From Selaginella moellendorffii (lineage: Eukaryota > Plantae > Lycopodiophyta), in assembly GCF_000143415.4 (NCBI RefSeq), contig NW_003314263.1, positions 1,948,749 to 2,012,748 of the forward strand: a stretch of DNA of 64,000 bases. Direction: 5' to 3'. Position numbers and translations under genes: made by a program. How positions within the stretch are numbered: the first letter of the stretch is position 1; each line of letters opens with the position of its first letter. Below the pieces are notes generated by a model, which did not search any database, was not told the origin of the DNA, and saw nothing but the letters and a program-made list of their open reading frames with translations. This document shows positions 24,773 through 35,382 of this stretch, in pieces.

Positions 24773-26866
24773 GACTTAAATACTAATCTTTGAATGAAGT
24801 GTTTGGCAATTCCTTGCGAAAAAACCGAGTTTTACAATCTCTCTCGCAGATTTTAGAGAAACAGTGCCTAGTAACATTTCCAGGAAGAAGTTGTTCGTAA
24901 CATTGTCTGACAGAAGGAACCTCAAGATATGGTGAAATCTAAACCTTGCAAAGTCATGCATCTTGATTGGCTTGAGCATACTCTTTTATAAATTCCTGGC
25001 GAATATGACCGAGTTTTACAATCTCTTTCGCAGATCATACAGTACCTGGAAGTTTTTAGTAACAAAGATATGGCACCTCGAAATCTAAACCGGAAAGTCA
25101 TGCCACGGAACCCTGTTCGCAAGTGGACTGCCTTGCCAGTTAAGTGGACGTCCTCCAAAATGCCAAGGGTAAAGAACAAAAGGAGAAAATAAAGCATTCA
25201 GCAAAATTCCATGTTTCGGGAGAAAATAGCCCAAACGTACCTCTATGATCGAACCATCGCACAGCTGATTGTGACTAAAATCGCCGTAGATTGGTACTAA
25301 AGATTCTGTGGAAATGCTCGTGATTCGCTCAGCAGTGATCAAGAAACGACGCAAGTATTCTACGACAATGGAATCAATCAGACATCAGCAGTAGTCGACG
25401 GATAAAGTGCATAGCTTCCAAAACGTGAAGCCACTTACCTGGTGCTCGCGTTGACAACTCAATTCTATTTTGCTGGAGAATGGATCAACAACGAGTTTGC
25501 GTTCACTGTTCCGTGACAATCCATCGTAAAGATCCAGATTCTGACAAGCCTGCGATGTAGAGATTAGTCAATGGTCGGATATAACGCCGTCAAAAGGATC
25601 CCACCAAATGCCAAACAAATACTGTCGAGCACAAGCTTTGCCGCGACTTGCATAATGCTCCTCCCAATAGAATCCACTAGAATACATGGTGAAGACGAAT
25701 CGATCCTAGCAACAACATCAATGAACAGAGTGAAGAGAGGAAAGAGACGGGAAAAACGTTTTAAGTACCTGATAACTAACGCTGGCCTGGATTATAAACT
25801 CCATAGCCTATAGCTCGCTCGTCTGTATTCAAAAGGAAATAAGGAAAAACTCTGCCGAGAACAACAAGGTTTGTAGCTATGTGGCTCCTTGCCAAACTCC
25901 AAAATAGAAACTCGCTAGAATTCAAGTACCTTGTACTCGCTTCCAGCATAGCCGATTGAGAATATGGATCACCACCAACAATGACAATGATTAGCAGAGG
26001 CCAGCCAGCAGCTACACATTGTTGAGCTCAGCTCCGCTCATTCCCATCCTCTCCTCCACCAAACGAATATTTGCCACGTATAATCTAAAACTTCCATTAT
26101 GTTCGTTGCAGCACAAGAGAACCTCATGCCAATCCCGACAAGAGCTAAGTAACGAGTATCATTGAACAGTAGCATACACACAATATCTTACCTTGTACAT
26201 ACAGTCAGAGCATTAAGAGGAGGACAGGGGAAACGAAGGCTGCTCAGAGAGAGAGGAAAAGAGAACTTAGTGGGGAATAGTGACCTCTAGCGGCTTCTGG
26301 CTGAAGTAGACTGGACACTCGCGTATACTTCCACTCCGCCACCTCCACCCCTTTCTGGGGGTTTGTTGTTTGGTTGAAGTGAAGAAAGGGAGAGGTGTGT
26401 TGTGTTGGTCTCCGGGATCGGAGTAATGATTAATGGACGTTATTCCAGCAGCAAGAACCTGCGAGTGAAAACACCAGTTTTAACTTAATTCAGAACGCGG
26501 TTTTTCAAGCGTCCACCTCTTTAAATAAGTCTTGGCATTAGTCACCATGAACATCCTGTGCACTTCAGAAAACGATACCGACCAGGGAGAATAAACAAGC
26601 AAAAGTTAAGAAATGGCTGTACCTTGTAGAGGAAGCAGATCCGCCTTGGAGCCCGAAGGAGCAAGAGCTTAACGATCGTCTCAAAGTCGTAGCCACCAGC
26701 ACGCACTTAATAAGCTCCACAAATTTAGTCTCGTGCACCGGCCCGCACTAATCCCACGGGTGAGATTCCTGAATCTGAAAAAACTCGTGAAAATCAGTGC
26801 TCGCTCACCCAAAAAGAAAACATTATCCACCACAAAGAAAGTAAAGTTGGAAGGGGCAAAAGGCAT
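23987..26866. repeat. Copy B of the inverted duplication
   Basis: Reverse complement of 9406-12651 with substitutions, deletions and one re-inverted piece. Confidence 0.93.
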
Positions 26867-26873
26867 TCTTATT

Positions 26874-27561
26874 CTGATCCACAGAAGTTTGATTTCCATA
26901 ACGTGTCCAAGGTTGCCACATGAGTTACTAACGTTAGAGAAACATTCAGGGTCAAGGAAGTTTTAGTTTCAATTCTTATTTACTGAATGATTCAGTCAAA
27001 TGAAATAGAGAATTGTTTTTATTCATTAATTCACAAACAAAACAGTACTAAGTACATATGTTTCCCCATTAATGTCGCTTGGCCGACTGGTTAAGGCGTG
27101 TGCCAAGTACATGGGGTTTCCTGCGAGAGCAATTAGTACAGGTGTATTTAATGCATTACATTTTACAAACACTCGAGGAACTTTGTCTAGCCAATGTGAA
27201 TAACTTGGACCAAGAGCGCCACTGGATGCTTGCCATCCCTTGTTTCATCACTTGGAAGCACTTAAGGTACATGCTCTTGTCCTGGAGGATCCTGGCCATT
27301 GCAAACCTCATCGCCCCCAAGGGGCGCATAGAGATTGTTGGTGCCCCAGGCAAGCAAGTAGGCCACCAAAAAGCCTGCCTACACGTCCATTCCCATCCCT
27401 GAACGGGTGGACGCTCTCAAACCTGTAAAAGAAGGCAGCACTAATGCTTGCCACCTTTGCAACCCTGAGCTTGGGATCTGTTGCAAATGCCTCCTCGAGG
27501 GATTTGTTGGTAGATGACACTAGCTGCTCCAGAGTCGCCAGGACCTTCTTAGGATCCATGT
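26874..27561 (-). pseudogene. Truncated, frameshifted Fic-domain gene copy plus its 3' flank
   Basis: MDPKK..FESVHPFRDGNGRVGRL then frameshift; reverse complement aligns to about 55327-55972. Confidence 0.9.
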
Positions 27562-27852
27562 GGTGTTCCAGATCCATCTTGCTTGGAGACCTTTGCTCCT
27601 TTGCTTAATAAACAGTGGAGCAAATCTCATTCAAGGCAATACTTGCACCATATTTATAAGCGGTGGGAATGAGGTCGTCATCCTAAGCCTCAGGGTGCGA
27701 TAATTTGAGGAGCGAATGTTCATGTTTCTTGTCTGTAAACCACACTTCCAAGTCTGGACATGGATATCATCTCCTTAACTAGGTGTGTGGCCCAAGTAAG
27801 CCACTACTTTCACCATACAAGAGACCTGGCGGTTAAGAGATTAGGAATGAGA
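27560..27852 (-). pseudogene. PPR-like fragment, inverted paralogue of 42977-43338, fused to the Fic fragment
   Basis: Shared GCTTATAAATATGGTGCAAGTATTGCC and AAGATGGATCTGGAACACCA. Confidence 0.75.
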
Positions 27853-28476
27853 ACGTGGTGTATCCAGGGTTTGTATGAGAAACAAACATACGTCAATGAA
27901 CCCTTTTGTTGCTGCTTGAGTATATTGTGGGGAGAGTACACCTTCTTGTATGATATGATGTACACACCTTCATTGCCTCCGGGGGCTTCATCTCCATGTC
28001 AATCTGCTGCACAGCTCAATACTACTGAGCAGGAATTGCTCACTGCACACAGATTTAGAGCTCGCTAAGAATGGATTGACAAGAAGTATCCCTGAAGAGT
28101 TGGAATGTCTGTGCTTCAAAGCTTGTATGATTCTTTGTTTTTATGTTTCGATTTAATATTGTTTCAAGCATATTTCAGTTTTGTAGATGGTCTCTAGCAT
28201 CTTGCAGAAGAGATAGCATTCAGTCATGCAAGGAGAGAAGCCAAGAAGCTCCATGACCAGGTTCTCTCCAGAGGCTAGAACACAGTCTTAGTGAATTGAG
28301 TCCAGCCCAGTGAGGGTGGACGAGAATTCCAAAGCAAATTAATTTGTATAAATTTAAAAATTGTTCTATATCTATCACAATAAGGAGGAGTTGCTGAACT
28401 TTCTAGGCTGCCGAATCCAGCCAATCGCAGCCGTCTGATGGGGGGTAACTGTAAAGGGGTTATTTTTTTAACCACG

Positions 28477-28775
28477 TGTTAGCGAATAATCGCGCTAATG
28501 TTTGCAATGGGAGGCGGCCAAGCTGTGTGTGGCGGGAGAAGAAGGCCTAGTGACACGTGGCACATGCAAAGTGTTGACTAGAGATTACTGCTCTAGGGTG
28601 TCACTTAGGTAGGATCAAGTAGGTCGTGGCCCTTTAGGGCTCACAATGGAGCGTGGAGCTTTTGAGGTAGCTCGGGGGTGGTTGGGTGGTGAGAAACCTT
28701 AAGAGGTGGCATAGTATAGTCTAAGGCGATTAGATCTCTGTCTTCTTGTGCCGGATCATAACATTGGTATCAGAG
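28477..28775 (+). mobile_element. LTR plus tRNA-iMet PBS (same family as LTR 31307-31539)
   Basis: Ends CCGGATCATAACA at 28763 followed by TGGTATCAGAG; 3' half matches the reverse complement of 31307-31445; 5' end tentative. Confidence 0.75.
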
Positions 28776-29075
28776 GGAGCATGTTGTGGATCGCAATTTC
28801 TTCTGGTGGGTAAGCAAATCCACTCCCAAATGATTGCTGTTGGTTGGGATTCGAGCTTGATCGTGTCTACTGTGCTGATTGACATGTATGCCGCGTGTGG
28901 CAGCTTGCGAGGCACGATTCGTGTGTTCCAAGGGATGAAGAAGAAAGATGTGGTGGCCTGGACAGCAATAGTAGCAGGATTTGCCCAGTATGGGCATTTG
29001 GAGAGGGCCTTTCTTATGTACAGGGGGATGCTCCTGGAAGAATTCTTTGTGGCCTGTGCCAGGCATTACGAATGA
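28776..29075 (+). pseudogene. PPR gene fragment
   Basis: GKQIHSQMI..VSTVLIDMYAACGSL..KKDVVAWTAIVAGFAQYGH. Confidence 0.8.
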
Positions 29076-29284
29076 CAGCAGGGATCCCTGCGTCGACACC
29101 TTTGGCACAGGAACACTGCCAATGCTTAAGCACTTTAGTGTTTAATGCCTAGAACTAGGTTGTTGCCCGCGGAGCTCCTCCCTTGGGTGGTAGTGAGGTT
29201 GTCCTCAAAGTTCCCATTGTCCCCAAGAGCCTCACGGTCAATTTCTCCAAACTCCTCTTCTTTTCTTTCTCTCCTTGCTAAGAA

Positions 29285-29905
29285 TCCTTCGCCAGGCTGC
29301 TACATGGGTGGACGAGGGCATGGTGAAATGTATCCGAGGAGTGAGTTACTCCACACGCATCTCACCTCATATGGCCAATCGAATGGTTGATGCCGCTCGT
29401 GGCGTGCTAAATCACTTGCTCTCTGACGCGTACATCTTTACCAATCACTACACTGGTTCAGAGTCCGGGAAGTAAGTTCCATGATTTTGTGCTGCAAGGT
29501 AAAATTTTTTCATCTTGCTTCCTTTGTCATGGCACAGATCTCTGGGCTATGGGATCTCACTGGTGGCAGAAACGACCACCGGTTGCATTTTAAGCTCCGA
29601 GTGCGTGGCTACGTATTCAGGAGCATATGAGCTCCAGCTTCTAGAGGACCTGGGGATGCAAGCAGCCATGTCCTTGCTACAAGAGATAAAGCTGGGAGGA
29701 GTTGTAGATTCAACTCACCAGGTATCTATCTGTGAAGCTGGAAAGGAAAGAAGTTGATCTCACAAACTTTCCTGTTTGCCATACAGGGGTTGCTGTTCAT
29801 CCTCTGTGCTCTGTGCCCAAAAGATGTTTCCAAAGTCAGGGTCGGGAAGCTCTCTTCCCGACCATCAAAGAATTCCTGGGAGTGCAGTTTAGTATCAAGC
29901 CTTAC
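29285..29905 (+). pseudogene. Fragment of an RNA 3'-terminal phosphate cyclase-like (RCL1) gene with introns retained
   Basis: DEGMVK.IRGVSYSTRISPHMANRMVDAARG; GYGISLVAETTTG; GGVVDSTHQ|GLLF.LCAL.P.DVSKVRVGKLS; internal deletions, no N-terminus. Confidence 0.82.
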
Positions 29906-30070
29906 CCGAATCAATTACATGGAACTTTTTCTTACCACGCTAGAAGCCATCGGTCTTTTCCAGCAGCAGTGCGTCCACTCTCCTTGATGTGCACAGTGAT
30001 TCGAGCCGTGGCCTCAAACTCCAGCCAGCCATCCATGACGATCATCTGCCTCTCATCGTCATCATTTGCT

Positions 30071-30153
30071 GATGCTCCCACTGAAGATAAGAAGCTGGAA
30101 TACACTTTGGATGCTCCCACTAAAGATAAGAAGCTAGAATACACTTTGGATGC
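30071..30153. repeat. 39-bp tandem duplication
   Basis: GATGCTCCCACT(G/A)AAGATAAGAAGCT(G/A)GAATACACTTTG twice. Confidence 0.9.
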
Positions 30154-30939
30154 CTTCATCGAGTGAAATAGTTATTGCAAGTTTTGCATGTGCCCAATGA
30201 CATGGCACAAATTAAGCAGGCCTTTGGGCCAACAGTTGTGATTAACCCAAAGTTTTCAATTGCGTCATTCAGGATTGTTCTCTCCGATGGCAGCGGCAAC
30301 TAGCGATTCTAATGTGGGGTCTCAAGACCATGTAGATTACAATTACCAGCCATCGCCAGGTGTTTCTTCACAGCAGCAACAAGTTCTAGGTGATGTAGAG
30401 ATGGGTGGAGAGAGTAGTGAACCAGGTTTGTATTTATCTTGATAAACCATAATCTAATCACTTTTCTTTCCAAGATCTGAGCACCTTACACAGCTTAGTG
30501 CTTCAAGTGCTTAGTCTATTCCAATATAGTGCTTTACAACTTGATGAATAGGTGTACAAGAAGACTTCAAATAGCCATTACAGCCATTACATTTCCAAAG
30601 ACCCTTTGCTATTTTAGCAGGTACTGGCACTTGGCTTTTTTGCTTCATAAACCTTCTCTATGGCCAGATCCAAGTGCTCAAACATAGACTTCTAGCCAAG
30701 TGCCTCGTGGGATTATAGGAGGTACTACTCAATTTTAGAATTTCTTTTTTAGTTATGGGTTTGTAATGGGATTTTTTAGCTAAGTGCAAATTATATAGCA
30801 TTTTAGACCCTGGCGTATGGAATCTGATTGCTTCTTCTGAGGAAACACAATATGCATGTGTTCATATTGTGGATCTACAGCTCCATTCAGGTGGTGAGCT
30901 GATTTTTATATATGTATTATCTTGGTACGGCAGTTATGA

Positions 30940-33068
30940 TTTCCATCCACTCAACAAGTATAGCATCAACATCAAGGTTCCTTAATATCCCCAGCACTGA
31001 CAGTTATGGCATGCACCTTGCGACAGCTTCAATGGCAGCCAATGCTGCTGATAAATACAGCCACCTTTTCAAACCATCTAACTGGTTGTGTATTCAACAC
31101 TATAAAGTTAGAGCTAAGAATCTGAAATATCATTTGGGGCTCCATTGTCTCTCAGTAGATATTTCTATGGCCACACATGTTCGAGCATGGCTAGAGAAGG
31201 CTCCTCTAGTGCTTGATTTTGTCAGACTATCAAACATTGTTCCACTAAGTTAGTTTGTAGTGGGTGCTTTTGCTTAAACTTCTTCAATGGTTGCTGCGGC
31301 AATCACTGTTATGATCCGGCGCAAAAAGACAAAGATCTCGTTGCCCTAGACTATGCTACGCCACCTCTTGAGGTTCCTCACCACCCAACCACCCCCGAGC
31401 TACCTCAAAAGCTCCACTGCGCCGCCGCTCCACTGTGAGCCCTAGGGTAGGTTAAGTCCCTTACCCTAACATGCCTTAATATACCCTTGAGCCTCCCTTT
31501 GACCGACGTTGACCACATAGTCAAAGCTGGCGCCTAACAATTCTTCCCCCCCAACAAAGTCCTTGTCCCAAGGACGAGTTGTACCGGTGATCACCCTTTC
31601 TGGGGAATCCTACTCAAGCTCCTGGTCCATCTTCCACAGCCGTATACATCAAGGAGGCATTGGGCCCGTCACTCCGAGATAGTACACCTTTCAACTGGCT
31701 GACATAAAATACCGGATGAATTTTCACCCCAGCTGGCAGCCGCACCCGATAAGCCGCTTTACCAATGCGCTCCAGCACTTCATATGGACTAGCATATCGA
31801 TGGGAGAGTTTATCACTCTTCCCTATCCGTAAAGGCACCAAGGTGTTCCGCCGCTCACTTGACGGAAAGATCACTCGCACAAAGACGAGATCACCCACCT
31901 TATATTCCCGGAATTGGCGATGCTCATTAGCAAACTTCTCCGCTCTATCCTGAGCTGCTTGCAAATTCCATTTGCACACCACCAGAATCTCATCAAGTTC
32001 TGTGGCCAGATCAGTTGCCTCGGAATCAAGCTTTTCTTGAACGTCCTTACTCAAATGCAATCCCAACTCCACCGCTGTTCGAGGATGCCTTCCAAACATC
32101 GCAAAGTAAGGACTTAGCTTGGTTCCACTGTGTTGGCTATTGTTGTAAGCAAATTGCACCAACGAAAGATATAGATCCCATTGTCCAATGTTAGGATCCT
32201 ATCCCTTACACCCTAAGCCAACTGGCTAAAAGGGTGATCACTTGATTGTAGGGCCCTTTCCTTATCCTATTATCCTGACCTGGTGCCTAACAATCACTGG
32301 TGTAGATCAAATGCCTAACACTACAAACATCATATTCATTGCTGATGATTCTGAAGCTGAAAACACCTATATTCTTACTAGATTTTCTGTTGGACTTCAA
32401 ACATAGGTGCATGTGCTGGGTGATATGGACCATGTCTATCATGAGCTCAAATCATCATGGTTTGCTGGGGACATGCCAAGTCATATTTTCCACAATCTCC
32501 AAGGAACTAAAGATAAAAATGTGTTCAGGATTGCACCCTCGACTATTATCTTGAAAATTCCTAATGATACGCCTTGGGACCATATACAGAAGCAATTGCA
32601 CTTTGTCTCATTCATATACAGAAAGAACTTCTTTGGGGTATGTCTCTCTTGATGTATACCAGCCGTTCAAAATACATGTTTTGTCAATAGATGCATGGCC
32701 ATTTCATCCCTGAAAACCCTTGAGTAATTTCTGTTTGTTGCGGCTGCCATGTTTGCAAAAAGTTTAGGGTCGAGAAACAAACGCGAGATATTGGTTGGTG
32801 TCACCATTGCAAGAATGAATGAACATTTTTTCAAACTTTGTGGGTCCATGGCAAATTCTATCTAGATACTGGCCACCCCCAAGACGTTTGTATGGAGGAC
32901 ACTTATATAGACCAAGCATATGGTCTCACTCCTGGCCAGTTTCTAAAAATGTTCACTTCTGGGGCAATCAAACTTTTGGAGACAAAGAAGCCACCAACAA
33001 GCCACTTCTTATTCTTGACTGTTGCCAATCAAAGCTCACCAAAAGTTATTGCATTCAAGGCTGATTAG
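30940..33068 (+). pseudogene. Possible degenerate RPA1-like OB-fold gene, split by a retroelement
   Basis: TDSYG..ADKYSHLFKPSNWLCIQHYKVRAKNLKYH..VDIS..THV follows the RPA70 DBD-A-like pattern; in-frame stops; downstream extent uncertain. Confidence 0.4.
31307..32292 (-). mobile_element. Internally deleted Ty3/gypsy element: LTR (31307-31539), PPT, integrase C-terminus, short terminal LTR-like piece (32189-32292)
   Basis: TSD ATCAC at 31302-31306 and 32293-32297; ORF VQFAYNNSQHSGTKLSPY..KLSHRYASPYEVLERIGKAAYRV.LP..IHPVFYVSQLK; purine tract next to the LTR. Confidence 0.9.
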
Positions 33069-33179
33069 AGTATTGTGCACTTTTATTTCCTATTCCCGTG
33101 TGCTTTCATTTTTTGTTTGTACAATGTATTGTCTATAAGCTTGCTGCATAGTTGTTTATGGGATCCATTGTATTATTAC

Positions 33180-34450
33180 AACCTCAAAGTCTCTTGCAAG
33201 ACTCTCTGGAATGCGAGCTTCCCAATCACTATATTGTCCCACTTCTTGCAGCAGGCTAGCAACGTCATCCATGTCATGAAGCTAGGCTTGAAAGGCATCG
33301 TCCACCACGTCTAGAGCTTCTTGGACTGCTGCAAGCTATAGCTTGCATTAGATCAACAAAAACATTTTTTTTCAAGAAACTTACATGCATGTTGTGCTCA
33401 TCAGTGTAAGATGACCTTCATGCAATGGATTAAAATCACCGGAAAGAACAACCCTTCTGCCGGTTCTACAATCTTTGCTATCTGTATCACAACTTATGAA
33501 GAAACTAACCACTGAGCAAATTTCAAAGTACCTTCACCGGGATAATGGACCATGTAGACATTTCCATGTATTAGCTACTTGAGCTCTTTGTCCTCTGTGT
33601 AATTCAGCCTCGACTCTCGAATTTCTTCCTCAGAGCTCTTCAATTCTACCGGTACCGTATTTCCAATCTCACAAACATCAGCCATAGCCTGGACATAAAT
33701 CAAAAGTTTGGGCAAACTGAAAAGCCTGGTCATAAAAATCATAACCTTGATCAAGAGCTGACTGGATAGACAATCCTCTCCAAAACAATCTCTATATCCC
33801 TGGAGATGAGAAAAACAATTGATTAAATTCGTTGTTGTAAATACATAAGACCTTGTAAAGAGTGAGGTCATATCTCCAAAGAGATGAATGCGTTAGAGCA
33901 AATATGTGGCATTTGGAAAGAAAAAATAAAAATAAAAATCTTCCATGGCAAACACAAAAACAAAGTCACCTGTAGTCTCCTTGCTTGGGACTCCCAGTCG
34001 TCAATGCACTTGTGACTCCAAATCCAGCCACCAGAGTGCCTGCATTGCATTCCAAGAAAAAATCCGCTTGCTCGATCGAGAAAAAACTATTTGCATGCAG
34101 CACAAGTTATTTATAAAGCTCAAGAGATGCCATCACTGAAAATTGTGGCTACATTCAAGTGACACATTAGGAATGTCCTTAAGATCTGATAAATGATAGT
34201 ATACCTGACTTTCTCTACAAATGAGGCTGTTCATGAGGAGACATAGATATACTTCGAATAAACCAAGCCTGTATACAAACCAGTTGCTTCCAAATGCTTC
34301 CTTTCTATAATTTTCACCATTCTTCAATTTGAAAAAAAACTCTATAGTGTTGGTTTTGTCAGTCCTATATTTTATAAGCATTAGCATCGGAGTTCAAATT
34401 GACAGCAACAAAGAAAAGTTTACCCGAATGATTTAACAAATCCTTTAGCG
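33180..34450 (-). pseudogene. Gene fragments: PPR E-domain remnant plus unidentified short exons
   Basis: MPFKPSFMTWMTLLACCKKWDNIVIGKLAF at about 33190-33300; short exon-like segments with GT-AG borders upstream. Confidence 0.45.
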
Positions 34451-34902
34451 AAGGGAAGTGGCCTCGGTATAGTTTTCTTCAGAATCTTTAGAATAAGAAT
34501 CCAAAACCTATAATGCAAGGAAGTTTTATCATACTAGAAATCCCACCAAACTCTCATGGTTTTTAGAAAGCTTTTTACAATTTAGCAGATGAAACGTCAT
34601 TCCCAAATGTAGCTGAAATGCATTCTTACACTTACGACATCAAACTAAAGCATAAGGAAGTTTGAGAAGAGTACCTGGTGTACAACTACATTGCTGTGGC
34701 GATTTCTCGCAGTACCTGGCACTTGGTCTTGAAGAAGATGACATGAGTGGAGCAAGAGTTACACTTGCTATGGAAGCCATGATCAAAGCTGAGAGCCAGG
34801 AGGATTGGCTTCACTTGCAGCTCCTTGTGGATTCTCCACACGGATAAGGTTGGCAACGACTTAATCCCACTCCTAGGCGACAGCGGCGGCAAGGGCCTGG
34901 GG

Positions 34903-35052
34903 GTGCAGTTTAGTATCAAGCCTGACCCAAATTAGTTACATGGAACTTTTTCTTACCATGCTAGAATCCATCGGTCTTTTCCAGCAGCAGTGCGTCCACT
35001 CTCCTTGATGTGCACAGCGATTCGAGCCGCGGCCTCAAACTCCAGCCAGCCA
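34903..35052 (+). repeat. Direct duplicate of about 29880-30033
   Basis: GTGCAGTTTAGTATCAAGCC...CTCAAACTCCAGCCAGCCAT at both sites. Confidence 0.88.
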
Positions 35053-35382
35053 TAGACTGTGGCGAAACATTCAAACGACCCCCGTACATTGGCCTTCTCA
35101 GCACATAAAGTTGAGAAGCTGGGATCCTTAAGGCTTCTTCTCGACATATACAATGGCGATAAATAGGAGCGCATTTATCGTTAGCTACAGAGACAGACAA
35201 AGCACTCTTCAAGCAGAGATGTCAAATTTCTCGTGAATGCCTAATGCCAATCACGAACATGGAAGTGGATGAGCTTGGAGCTGCAGTATGGGATGAGCTC
35301 CTGCTACTTCCTCATCTCCTTGCCCAAGCTCTCAACTAATCTCTTAAGTGGACAAATCGATTTTGCGATTTCTTACTCTTGC

